NCBI GenBank assembly: GCA_009914755.4
Contig: CP086569.2
Span: 6,112,001-6,176,000, forward strand
Origin: the human T2T-CHM13v2.0 reference genome, Homo sapiens
Direction: 5' to 3'
Length of the DNA stretch: 64,000 nt
Made by a program: the position numbers and the translations under genes. The stretch's first letter is position 1. Each line of letters starts with the position of its first letter. Below, piece by piece: positions 51,859 through 63,899 of the stretch. The notes below the pieces were generated by a model. That model saw only the letters and a list, made by a program, of their open reading frames with translations, was not told where the DNA came from and did not search any database.

Positions 51859-52990
51859 TGATATAGATAGATAGATAGATGATAGATAGCTAGATAGATA
51901 GATAGAGATAGAGATATATAGATATATCTATGTATCTATATATATTTTATATATATGTAAAATACATGATTTGATTTTCTTTTTTATGTAAAAATTGACC
52001 CCTTATTTCTATAGCATAAATCACTCATAAATATCATTTTCAGTGACTCAGCCTCCAGTAAAGAAAGATACTTACATACCAGTGAAGCAGTAGTTCTTAG
52101 ACACTTCCAGGGTCACAAACTCTTTTCAGAAATTAAAGCTCTACATTTCTTAAACTGAAAATGCTTTAAGGCAGTCTGATGTACAAACTCTCTGTATCAA
52201 AATTACTAAGCAATTGACTTGCACAGATGTTTGCACATGAATACACAAAAAAACAAATATTGCAAAATCAATCTTAAGTACTGAGATACTTTTTCCTATT
52301 TGAAAGTTTTAAATATTCCATTGTATTTTGATGATAAAACCGATATGAAGTTCTGGGCCCCAGAGTAGAAAACGCTAAAGTATAATGAATATAAATGACT
52401 TCTTCAGAAAACCGGTTTACAGGCAATCAGCATTCATAAAATCAATTCTGTTTGAAATTTGCCTTATTTCAATGCAAAGTTATTACACTTTTAAAATGAA
52501 TTTTAGATATTAATTCAATCATTCTTATAATAAACCTTTGCTAGTTAGAAATAAATGAATAATAAATGTTCTGTTCATAAAGATAATAAATAAAATTGAG
52601 AAATTTTGATATCTTCAAACTTATTTTCTTTCAGTCTTATGGTTCCACCTTCATATTTTAAAACATTACCCAAGTGCCCTTCATGTGAAGGCAGCCACCC
52701 TCCTGTTCCTCCACTACTTCCTCTTGCAGATCTTAGACTTCCTGAAGGGCTTCTGTTTCTTGAAGAAGGTGGTGGTATCTGCTAACCACCACTTTGAAAA
52801 TGGTTTCTTGGCTTATTCTACTTTTATTGCTTTTCCATCCAAACATTAAAAGTAGTAAGGGTACTATCAATAACATTGGCACATTTAACCTAAGCACATT
52901 TTACAAACATTTTTACGTCAACTACAGTTCATAGTTAATTAGGTGATAGGGAGATATTGGAAGAAGTATTTTTGAAGTCACATGTCTTTA

Positions 52991-54878
52991 TTTTTTTTTA
53001 ATTATACTTTAAGTTTTAGGGTACAAGTACACAGCGTGAAACTTTGTTACATATGTATACATGTGCCATATTGGTGTGCTGCACCCATTAACTCTTCATT
53101 TAGCATTAGGTATATCTCCTAATGCCATCCCTCCCCCCTCTCCCCTCCCCCCACTCCACAACAAGCCCCGGTGTGTGATGTTCCCCACCCTCTGTCCAAG
53201 TGTTCTCATTGTTCAATTCCCACCTATGAGTGAGAAAATGCGGTGTTTGGTTTTTTGTCCTTGTGATAGTTTGCTGAGAATGATGGTTTCCAGCTTCATC
53301 CATGTCTCTACAAAGGACATGAACTCATCATTTTTTAAGGCTGCATAGTATTCCGTGGTGTAAATGTGCCACATTTTCTTAATCCAGTCTATCATTGTTG
53401 GATATTTGGTTTGGTTCCAAGTCTTTGCTATTGTGAATAATGCCGCAGTAAACAAATGTGTGCATGTGTCTTTATAGCAGCATGATTTACAATCCTTTGG
53501 GTATATACACAGTAATGGGATGGCTGGGTCAAATGGTATTTCTAGTTCTAGATCCCTGAGGAATCGCCACACTGTCTTCCACAATGGTTAAACTAGTTTA
53601 CAGTCCCACCAACAGTGTAAAAGTGTTCCTATTTCTCCACATACTCTCCAGCACCTGTTGTTTCCTGACTTTTTAATAATCACCATTCTAACTGGTGTGA
53701 GATGGTATCTCATTGTGGTTTTGATTCGCATTTCTCTGATGGCCAGTGATGATGAGCATTTTTTCTTGTGTCTGTTGGCTGCATAAATGTCTTCTTTTGA
53801 GAAGTATCTGTTCATATCCTTCACCCACTTTTTGATGGTTTTGTTTGTTTTTTTCTTGTAAATTCGTTTGAGTTCATTGTAGATTATCGATATTAGTCCT
53901 TTGTCAGATGAGTAGATTGCAAAAATTTTCTCCCATTCTGTAGGTTGCCTGTTCACTCTAATGGTAGTTTATTTTGCTGTGCAGAAGCTCTTTAGTTTAA
54001 TTAGATCCCATTTGTCAATTTTGGCTTTTGTTGCCATTGCTTTTGGTGTTTTAGACATGAAGTCCTTGCCCACTCCTATGTCCTGAATAGTATTGCCTAG
54101 GTTTTCTTCTACAGTTTTTATGGTTTTAGGTCTAACATTTAAGTCTTTAATCCCTCTTGAATTAATTTTTGTAGAAGGTGTAAAGAAGGGATCTAGTTTC
54201 AGCTTTCTACATATGGCTAGCCAGTTTTCCCAGCACCATTTATTAAATAGGGAATCCTTTCCCCTTTGCTTGTTGTTGTCAGGTTTTTCAAAGATCAGAT
54301 AGTTGTAGATATGCAGCATTGTTTCTGATGGCTCTGTTCTGTTCCATTGGTCTATATCTCTTTTTTGGTACCAGTAACATGCTATTTTGGTTACTGTAGC
54401 CTTGTAGTATAGTTTGAAGTCAGGTAGTATGATGCCTCCTGCTTTGTTCTTTTGGCTTAGCATACAAAATCAATGTGCAAAAATCAAAGCACTCTTATAC
54501 AACAATAACAGACAGAGAGCCAAATCATGAGTGAACTCCCATTCACAATTGCTTCAAAGAGAATAAAATACCTAGGAATCCAACTTACAAGGGACTTGAA
54601 GGAACTCCTCAAGGAGAACTACAAACCACTGCTCAATGAAATTAAAGAGGATACAAACAAATGGAAGGACATTCCATGCTCATGGATAGGAATAATCAAT
54701 ATCATGAAAATGGCCATACTGCCCAAGGTAATTTATAGATTCAATGGCATCCCCATCAAGCTACCAATGACTTTCTTCACAGAACTGGAAAAAACTACTT
54801 TAAAGTTCATATGGAACCAAAAAAGCCTGCATTGCCAAGTCAATCCTAAGCCAGAAGTCAAGTGTCTTTAAAAATGCT
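52991..54878 (-). mobile_element. Young L1 (L1PA-like) with a 5' inversion typical of twin priming: 3' segment on the minus strand (52991-54470), inverted upstream ORF2 segment on the plus strand (54471-54878)
   Basis: Minus-strand ORF2 C-terminal ORFs lie at 53213-53584, 53588-53956 and 53969-54463; the poly-T at 52990-52999 is the poly-A on the minus strand. The plus-strand ORF2 segment 54527-54871 reads '[24 protein letters not shown]...' and ends at 'cctaagccagaag'. The minus segment begins, in L1 orientation, at 'gctaagccaaaagaacaaagc', giving a ~12-bp overlap at the inversion ends. The flanks 'gaagtcacatgtcttta' (52974-52990) and 'gaagtcaagtgtcttta' (54877-54893) form a ~16-bp imperfect TSD. 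Confidence 0.8.
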
Positions 54879-55077
54879 TTAACTGAGCAAAGACTAAACC
54901 TTTGGGGAAGTAATCTAGGAACATATTTGGAGGAATAGAATTCCAGGCAGAGAACATAATCATTGAAATAATTCTGACACTAGAATTAAGCAAACAGTCA
55001 TACTGTCATCATGTAGCAAGATGAACAAAGGAAAACGCTTAAGTGAGATCAAAGACAAATCCTTTTGGTTTTATTCC

Positions 55078-55668
55078 AAGTATAATTCTGGCTACCAGGA
55101 GAACAAACTAAGCTACAAGTGAGTATCAGAATCAAGCAGAGAGACCAAACAAATGATGATGCTTCAACAAACGTAATGGCAGAGGAGGTGATACAAGCAG
55201 TCATTTTATGTGACTGTATAAGTTGTGCTTTGCCGAATGTTACTTGGCTGATGGTGTAAATAATATTCAGATAGCGATGCTGAGTATGTAGGTGATTTTT
55301 TATTGTTACAACTTTCCTCTGAATTCCTTCTAGTATTTGACTTCACTCTTTTAACCAGAGTTAAAATTATTTATGCCTAAGTATTATATGGTAATCATTA
55401 GGTATGTACCATGTAAAAGTTCTTACTGTCCATCAAGTAATATAAAATTTACATATGATAGAAAAGTATAATTTATACTTTTAAGTTAATATCTTATAAT
55501 TTAATGTATGTATAAAACCTATGTTATATAACTAATTTATAAATATGTGTTCCTAAACATGTTCAATATACGTATCTGTATATTTTATAATATATATGTA
55601 TTGCATATAGATTAAATTTATACATTATATATATTTTAATTCATGTATAGTATATGTCTATATGTATT
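55078..55668 (+). repeat. Direct repeat X1 flanking the old L1 (paired with 58441-58930)
   Basis: 'gtataattctggctaccaggagaacaaactaagctacaagtgagtatcagaatcaagcagagagaccaaacaaatgatgatgcttcaac...' is ~85% identical to X2. X1 carries ~130 bp that is absent from X2. Confidence 0.75.
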
Positions 55669-58428
55669 TTTTATATACTTTAAGTTCTGGGGTACATGTA
55701 CAGAAAGTGCAGTTTTGTTACATGGGTATTCATCCACCATGGTGGTTTGCTGAGCCCATCAAATCATCATATACATTATATATTTCTCCTAAAGCTATCC
55801 CTCCACTAGTCCCCTACCCCCAACAGGCACTGGTGTGTGATGTCCCCTCCCTATGTCCATATGTTCTCATTGTACAACTACAAATTATGAGTGAGAACAT
55901 GCAGTGTTTGGCTTTCTGTTCTTGTGTTATTTTGCTGAGGGTGATGCTTTCCAGCTTCACCTATGTCCCTGCAAATGACATAAACTCAGCCTATTTTATG
56001 GCTGCTTAGTATTCCATTGTGTATATGTGCCACATTTTCTTTATCCAGTCTATCACTGATGGACATCTGGGTTGGTTCCAAGTCTTTGCTATTGTGAACA
56101 ATGCTTCAATAAACAGAAGGGTGCATGTGTCTTTATAGTAGAATTATTTATAATCCTTTGGGTATATAACCCAAAATGACATTGCTGGGTCAAATGCTAT
56201 TTCTGGTTTTAGATCCTTAAGGAATCATCAGACTGTATTCCACAATGGTTGAAGTAATTTACACTCCCACCAACAGTGTAAAAGCATTCCTATTTATCCA
56301 CATCCTCTCCAGCATCTGTTGTTTCCTGACTTTTTAATGATCACCTTTCTAATTGGCATGAGATGGTATCTCATTGTGGTTTCGATTTGCATTTCTCTAA
56401 TGACCAGTGATGATGAGTTTTTTTCATATATTTGTTGGCTGCATACCTGTCTTCTTTTGAGAAGCATCTGTTCATATCCTTCACTCAGTTTTTCATGGGT
56501 TGGTTTAGTTTTTTTCTCATAAATTTGTTTAAGTTCTTTGTAGATTGTGGATATTGGTCTGTTGTCAGATGGATAGATTGTCCATTGTTAGATGGTAGGT
56601 TTATGGGGATAGCATTGAATCTATAAATTGCTTTGCACAGTAGGGCCATTTTCAAAATATTGATTCTTCCTATAATGAGCATGGAATGTTTTTCCATGTA
56701 TTTGTGTCCTCTCTTATTTCCTTGAGCTGTGGTTTGTAGTTTTTGAAAAGGTCCTTCACATCCTTTGTATATTTTATACCTAGGTATTTTATTCTCTTAG
56801 TAGCAACTGTGTATGTGAGATCACTCATGATTTGACTCTCTGCTTGTCTGATATTGGTGTACAGGAAAGCTTGTGATTTGTGTGAGCTGAGATAGTGGGG
56901 TTTTCTAAATATACAATCTTGAGATCTGCAAACAAAGACAATTTGACTTCCGCTTATTCCATTTGAATACACTTCATTCTTTCTCTTGCCTGATGGCCCT
57001 TGTCAAAACTTCCAAAACTGTGGTGAATAGGAGTGGTGAGAAAGGGGGTATCCTTGTCTTGTGCAGGTTTTTAAAATGAAAGTTTCCAGGTGCTTCCAGG
57101 CTGTGGTTTTGTCATAAGTACCTGTGATTATTTTGAAATATGTTCCATCAATACCTAGTTTATTTAGAGTTTTTGTCATGAAGTTGTGTTGAATGTTGTC
57201 GAAGGGCTTTTCAGGATTTATTAAGATAATCATGTGGTTTTTGCCATTGATTCTGTTTATGTGATGGATTATGTTTATTAATTTGTGTATGTTGATTCTG
57301 CCTTACATCCCAAGTACGAACCTGACTTCTTCATGGTGGATACACTTGTTGATGTGCTTCTGGATTTGGTTTGCCAGTGTTTCATTGAGGATTTTTGCGT
57401 CAATGTTCATCAGAGATATTGGCCTGAAATTTTCTTATTTTGCTGTGTTTCTGCCAGATGTTGATATCGGGATGATTCTGGCCTCATAAAGTGACTTACG
57501 GTGGATTGCCTCTTTTTCTATTGTTTGGAATAGCTTCAGAAGGAATGGTACCAGCTCCTCTTTGTGCCTCTGGTAGAATTCTTCTGTGAACCGTCTACTC
57601 CTGGATTTTGTTGTTGTTGTTGTTCATAGGCTGCTAATTACTGCCTCAATTTCAGAACTTGTTATTGGTCTATTCAGAGATTCAATTTCTTCCTGGTTTA
57701 GGCTTTGGAGGCTGTGTGCATCCAGGAATTTATCCATTTTTTCAGATTTACTAGTTTATTTGCATGGAGATGTTTATAGCATTCCCTGATGGTAGTTTGT
57801 TTTTCTATGGGATCAGTGGTGATATCCCCATTATCATTTTTTATTGAGTCCATTTGATTCTTCTTTATTTTTTTCTTCATTAGTCTGGATAGTGGCCTAT
57901 CTATTTTGTTGATCTTTTCAAAAAGCAGCTCCTGGCTTCATTGATTTTTTTGAAGGGTTTTCATATCTCTGTCTCCTTCAGTTCTGCTCTGATCTTAGTT
58001 ATTTTTGTCTTCTCCTAGCTTTTGAATTTGTTTGCTTTTGCTTTTCTTGTTCTCCATTCTTTTAATGTTGATGTTAGTGTGCCAATTTTAGATGTTTCCT
58101 ACTTTCTTTTGTGGACATTAAGTGCTACATATTTCCCTCAAAACACTGCTTTAAATGTTTCCCAGAGATTCTGGTATGCTGTGTCTTTGTTCTCATTGGT
58201 TACAAAGAACATCTTTATTTCTGCCTTCATTTCATTATGTACCCAGTAGTCATTCAGGAGCAGGTTGTTCAGTTTCCACATAGTTGTGCACTTTTGAGTG
58301 AATTTTTAAATACTGAGTTCTAGTTTGATTGCACTGTGACCTGGGAGACTGTTTGTTATGATTTCTGTTATTTTGCATTTGCCGAGGAGTGTTTTACTTC
58401 CAATTATGTAGTCAATTTTAGAATAAGT
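55669..58428 (-). mobile_element. Older L1 (L1PB/L1MA-like) 3' portion, ~2.8 kb, antisense
   Basis: 3' end 'ccccagaacttaaagtatataaaaa' (reverse complement) at ~55669. ORF2 remnants are translated on the minus strand at 56670-56972 and 57003-57233. L1 similarity ends at 'aataagtg' ~58428. Confidence 0.8.
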
Positions 58429-58440
58429 GCTTTTACTCTG

Positions 58441-58930
58441 AGTGTAATTCTGGCTATTGGGAGAACAAACTGTAAGCTGCAAGTGGGTATCAGAATCAAG
58501 CAGAGAGACCAAACAAATGATGATGGCTTCAACAAATGTAATGAGTATGTAGGTGATTTTTTATTGTTTGGAACCTTCCTCTAATTTCTTTCTAGTATTT
58601 GATTTTACTGTTTTAACCAGAGTTAGAATTATTTAAGCCTAAGTGTTATATGGAACTCTTGAAGTATGTACCATGTAATATTTATTACTGCCCATCAAGT
58701 AATATAAAATTTACATGTGATAGAAAAGTATAACTTATAATTTATTATATTTTAATTTAATATTTGTATAAGCCATATAAGCTATATAACCAATTTATAG
58801 ATATAAGTATTCATAAACATATACAAGATATGTATCTGTGTATTTTATAATTTGTATATGTATTGCATACATAAGTAATTTATGCATTATACATTGTAAT
58901 CCATGTATATTACATGTCTATAAGTATTTC
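58441..58930 (+). repeat. Direct repeat X2 flanking the old L1 (paired with 55078-55668)
   Basis: 'gtgtaattctggctattgggagaacaaactgtaagctgcaagtgggtatcagaatcaagcagagagaccaaacaaatgatgatggcttcaac...'. Confidence 0.75.
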
Positions 58931-60389
58931 TAATATATATGGTTAACTTTGTTTCCAACCATTCAAGTACAGCAAAGTCGTCCTGTTCTTTGCCTCTTTG
59001 GCAGTCACTGGGAACTGGTAGGCCTGGTCAGTTTTACCTCAGAAGCCTGTTATGACCCTGTTCTTTTCATCAGGACAGCCCAATACATATCTTGAATGAG
59101 ATGGCTTATCAAGGCATCCCAGAAACCACTGGGTCCCATTTTTTTCTCTACCTTGCAATTTTATCCTGGAGTAGAAGATAGTCCACAAAACACACTTAGC
59201 TCTAACACAGGCTCTGTCACTTTGCTTTTTCATGGATTCTGAGAACAAACATGTAGGAGAAGATTAAGCACTTCCTCAGTGAACAGAAGGCACTGGAACC
59301 TTCATTCAATGTTTTTTTGGTTCAAATAATAGAGACTATTTTATGCCAATAGACCATTACACTTTCAAAGTGGTCACCTCTCTTCAGCTAGCAAATTCCC
59401 AATGGTATGATCCTGGATTTCTCCTGTTGCCAAACTGTGGGATCATCCTGATACAGCTGAATGCTGGGGTACCCCAGAAATGGACAAATCTCAATATTTC
59501 TTTTTTTCTGGACCCCAGAACTCCCAAACAGCTATTAAACCTATACCCTGGAATTTTCCTCAGAAAAATACAATAAATTATAAATATTAAGCTGTAACTG
59601 ATTCAGCAAGATTCTAGATTAATACATTAGCTAGTATAATTAGGCTTCATACTCTGCAGTTAGTTAATGCTGGTAGATGGTGGTTTCTCTTTTCAAGTGG
59701 GATAGGTGGATCTCAAGTTCCTGTTAAGAGGGATACTCATCTGTCTCAAGTTCAATCTATTAATGTTCCATCTCATGGGCAACTTGTAGCTAGACCTCGG
59801 CTAGAAATTACCCCTGAAGTTGAAGCTTGGAAACAATTTTTATCTTATAAAACAGGAACAGTGATGTAGATTCAATCCAGGGAAGAGAGTAATAGAAAAA
59901 AAAATGTATCACGTAGTGCATAGAGCTAACCCTGGCACTAAACTGGTAACTTACAACTAGATTCCACCAGTACCTTTCATAGATAATAAAATTGAACTAT
60001 GGGCTCATTCATCCCTCGATGAAGATTGATCTCAGCATACTACAGTAACCCATACCATTGAAACATGGTGTCAGCTAGTTTTAAATGTATTTGGATCCTC
60101 AAGAAACTATAGAAAGCTCAGATGGATACTGGATTCTCACTGAACCTGAGTCCACTCAGTTCTGGATTTCTTCTATACTGCATACTCTTCATGTGCTAAG
60201 TCAAAAGGTGACAATATTAAGGCTTGGGCGCAACAGAAAACCAGTATGATCAGGCCCTCAAATCAAATCAATAGATGTAGTCCATTTAGTAAACATGAGG
60301 CTATTATACTCAAACCCCTGATGCAGAAATGGATCTTAATACATCCTATTATGAATATAATTGAGCCCTTCCTTCACTCCAAAGTTGAC

Positions 60390-61960
60390 ATGATCAGACC
60401 CTGAAGTCAGCCTAAAACAGCCATAGTCCTTACCTGGATCTAGCCAGAATCTCAATCAGGAAGACTCTTGATTCACTTGAGAGCTGATATGATTAAACCA
60501 TTGTTACAAACTGAAACTGAAAGAATGAGACTCGGCATTCAGCATAAATTTAAAATATTGAGGCCTAGAGCCCAGACTCAAGAATGGAAAGAAAAACACT
60601 GGACCCAACCAGAAGCAGATCCAGTTAGGTACTGGTCCCAAACTGGGATGGAAACAGTGGTACCCAGGCCCCAACCTGGAGATGATAGATCCAGACCCCG
60701 AAATCACACTGAAGCTGATATCATCAAACTTTTATTTCAGTCTCAATCAGAGACAGTCACACAGTGGAGAGAACCAGTAACTCTGACAGATCACCATTGG
60801 ATACAGTCTGAAACTGAAATAGTGATGTTTTGGAACCAACCTGTGGCTGATAAGTTAAAAGACTGGATACAACATGAAGCTTATGCATTTAGACTCTGGG
60901 ACAAGTTTGAAAGTGTTAAAGTCAAATTGTGGACCCAAGCTGAAGATGATACTTTGAGACCCTGGAATCAGAAAGACATTGGTGTAATTGACCCCTGGGT
61001 ACAAGGTAAAGCTACTGTATTAACACAGTGGATGCAGGGAGTGTCTCAAGAATTACATCCATGGACACAATCTGAAACTCACACAGTCCCACTGTGGACC
61101 CAGAATGAAACTCCAATAATTTCATATCTTGGACCAAGATGTTAGCAGATACACTCACAACATGGACAAAGGCTGAATTTCAAGGGTAAACATCCTGAAG
61201 ACAGTCTGAAACTGATCCAATCATACTGTGAACTATTGCCAAATCTCCAACAGTAAATCTCTGGACACGCTCTGTATCGAATGAAGTCACATGTTGGAAC
61301 CAAGAAGAATTTCCAGCCTTATTTCCCTTGACAGAGTCTTATGGCTAAGACAGTCACACCATGGATCCAGGATAGATTTCCAACAATGAATCCCTGGGAA
61401 AAACTACAGCTGAAACCGTCATACAATTGATCCTTGATGAAATGTCACCAATAAATCCAAGGACAAAATTGCAGCCTGAATATCTAGAAGGAAATACCCG
61501 ACTCCCATCTGAATTTAATCCAGTCTCATTGTGGACCATGGCTTATTTGCCAGCAGTAAATTACTGGATACAGTTTGATACTGAAGCAATAACACTATGA
61601 ATCCAGGTTGAGTCTTCAGCAAAACATTCCTGGAAACAGTTGGAAATGGATATAATCCCACTAGGGACACATGCTGAATCACTAGTGATGAATTCATGGA
61701 TAAACTCTATCTGATATGATCATGTGTATCCAGGCTGAATCACTATTATTAAATCCTTGGACAGAGTCTGAAACTGATATAGTCACAACATGGATTCTTG
61801 TTGAAACTCTAGGAGTAAGTCCCTGGTTACCTGATATATTCCTACCATGTACCCATGCTGAACATCCACAGATATCTTGGACTCAACCATGGATTATCGC
61901 TGAAACTCCAGCAATGAATCCCTAGAGAAAGGCTACAGCTGATATGGTCCTATCAGGGGA
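60390..61960 (+). repeat. Tandem repeat with a 33-bp (11-codon) period, ~47 copies; consensus themes 'tggacNcagtctgaaactgaNatagtcacaaca' and 'tggatccaggNtgaatcNNcaataatgaatccc'
   Basis: 'tgga'/'tggac' recurs at 33-bp spacing across the interval. The central copies are best preserved. The edges and the 3' third carry stops and indels. Confidence 0.8.
60468..61145 (+). CDS. Candidate repeat-encoded ORF (225 codons) made of 11-residue repeats (W-x-Q-x-E-x5); hypothetical and possibly a decayed remnant
   Basis: The ORF-track protein ends ...WIQSETEIVMF WNQPVADKLKD WIQHEAYAFRL WDKFESVKVKL WTQAEDDTLRP WNQKDIGVIDP WVQGKATVLTQ WMQGVSQELHP WTQSETHTVPL WTQNETPIISY. Trp sits at every 11th position over 10 consecutive repeats. 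The downstream repeats (61146-61960) contain stops. No upstream splice or initiation context was assessed. Confidence 0.2.
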   Translation: MIHLRADMIKPLLQTETERMRLGIQHKFKILRPRAQTQEWKEKHWTQPEADPVRYWSQTGMETVVPRPQPGDDRSRPRNHTEADIIKLLFQSQSETVTQWREPVTLTDHHWIQSETEIVMFWNQPVADKLKDWIQHEAYAFRLWDKFESVKVKLWTQAEDDTLRPWNQKDIGVIDPWVQGKATVLTQWMQGVSQELHPWTQSETHTVPLWTQNETPIISYLGPRC

Positions 61961-62029
61961 ATTTCAGCCAGATATCGGGTGAAATTCACCCCCAATATTT
62001 CACATACCTTCTTTTCTATTTTCCCTAAG

Positions 62030-62900
62030 TGTCGGCCACTCTGAGAAATAAAGAGACAGAGTACAAAAGAGAAATTTTAAAGCTGGGTGTCCGGGGGAGA
62101 CATCACATTGGCAGGCTCCATGGTGCCCCCAGAGCCATAAAACCAGCAAGTTTTTATTAGTAATATTCAAACGGGTAGGGAGTGTGCGAATAGCATGTGG
62201 GTCACAGAGATCCTGTGCTTCACAAGGTATATAGAATATCACAAGGCAAATGGAGGCAGGGCAAGATCACAGGACCAGAGGACCAGGACAAAATTAAAAT
62301 TGCTAATGAAGTTTCAGGCACACATTGTCATTGATAACATCTTATCAGGAGACAGGGTTTGAGAGCAGACAACCGGTCTGACCAAAATTTATTAGGCAGG
62401 AATTTCCTCTTCCTAATAAGCCTGGGAGCACTACAGGAGACTGGGGCTTATTTCATCCCTACAGCTTTGACCATAAAAGACGGCCACCCCCCGAAGTGGC
62501 CATTTTAGAGGCCTACCCTCAGGGACACATTCTCTTTCTCAGGGATGTTCCTTGCTGAGAAAAAGAATTCAGCGATATTTCTCCCATTTGCTTTTGAAAG
62601 AAGAGAAATATGGTACTGTTCTGCCCAGCTGACCGGCAGTCAGAGTTTATCTCTCTTGTTCCCTGAACATTGCTGTTATCCTGTTCTTTTTTCAAGGTAC
62701 CCAGATTTCATATTGTTCAAACACACATGCTCTACAAATAATTTGTGCAGTTAACGCAAACATCACAGGGTTCTGAGGTGACAAACATACTCCGCAGCTT
62801 ACAAAGATGACAGGATTAAGAGATTAAAGTAAAGACAGGCATAGGAAATCACAAGGGTATTGATTGGGGAAGTGATAAGTGTCCATGAAATCTTCACAAT
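62030..62900 (-). mobile_element. Possible solo LTR (ERV class undetermined), antisense
   Basis: The plus strand begins 'tgtcggccactctgagaaataaagagacagag'. On the minus strand this is an LTR end '...ca' preceded by 'aataaaaacttgctggtttt' (poly-A signal). I did not recognise the family and the far boundary is uncertain. Confidence 0.3.
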
Positions 62901-62932
62901 TTATGTTCAGAGACTGCAGTAAAGACAGGCGT

Positions 62933-63780
62933 ACATCAGAGAAATGCAAATCAAAACCACAATGAGATACCATCTCACACCAGTTAGAATGGCAATCATT
63001 AAAAAGTCAGGAAACAACAGGTGCTGGAGAGGATGTGGAGAAATAGGAACACTTTTACACTGTTGGTGGGACTGTAAACTAGTTCAACCATTGTGGAAGT
63101 CAGTGTGGCAACTCCTCAGGGATCTAGAACTGGAAATACCATTTGACCCAGCCATCCCATTACTGGGTATATACCCAAAGGACTATAAATCATGCTGCTA
63201 TGAAGACACATGCACCCATATGTTTATTGCGGCATTATTCACAATAGCAAAGACTTGGAACCAACCCAAATGTCCAACAATGATAGACTGGATTAAGAAA
63301 ATGTGGCACATATACACCATGGAATACTATGCAGCCATAAAAAATGATGAGTTCATGTCCTTTGTAGAGACATGGGTGAAATTGGAAATCATCATTCTCA
63401 GTAAACTATCGCAAGAACAAAAAACCAAACACTGCTTATTCTCACTCATAGGTGGGAACTGAACAATGAGATCACATGGACACAGGAAGGGGAATATCAC
63501 ACTCTGGGGACTGTTTTGGGGTGGTGGGAGGGGGGAGGGATAGCATCAGGAGATATACCTAATGCTAGATGATGAGTTAGTGGGTGCAGCGCACCAGCAT
63601 GGCGCATGTATACATATGTAACTAACCTGCACAATGTGCACATGTACCCTAAAACTTAAAATAAAAAAAAATTAATTAAAAAAAAATAATAATTATATGT
63701 ATTTATGATTAATATGCTTTCTTTCACCTGACATTTGGTCAATTTTGTTAATTTCTTTATTAAAAAGTTTAAAAATAAAA
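62933..63780 (+). mobile_element. LINE-1 3' fragment (L1PA-like) with a probable ~110-bp 3' transduction
   Basis: ORF2 C-terminus at 62944-63462 ([51 protein letters not shown]...). The canonical end 'ccctaaaacttaaaataaaaaaaa' is at ~63662. Extra sequence at 63671-63780 ends in a second A-tract. TSD 'aaagacaggcgta' at 62920-62932 and 63782-63794. Confidence 0.85.
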
Positions 63781-63899
63781 AAAAGACAGGCGTAAGAAAT
63801 TATAAAAGTATTAATTTGGGGAACTAATAAATGTCCATGAAATCTTCACAATTTATGTTCTTCTGCCGTGGCTTCAGCTGGTCCCTCCATTCAGGGTTC

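Noticed and set aside
55078-58930. Interpreting the 500-600-bp flanking repeats as the L1's target-site duplication
   Set aside because: L1 TSDs are typically 7-20 bp. The length, the 130-bp indel and ~85% identity point to a duplication or repeat copies instead. I kept it as a finding rather than a TSD call.
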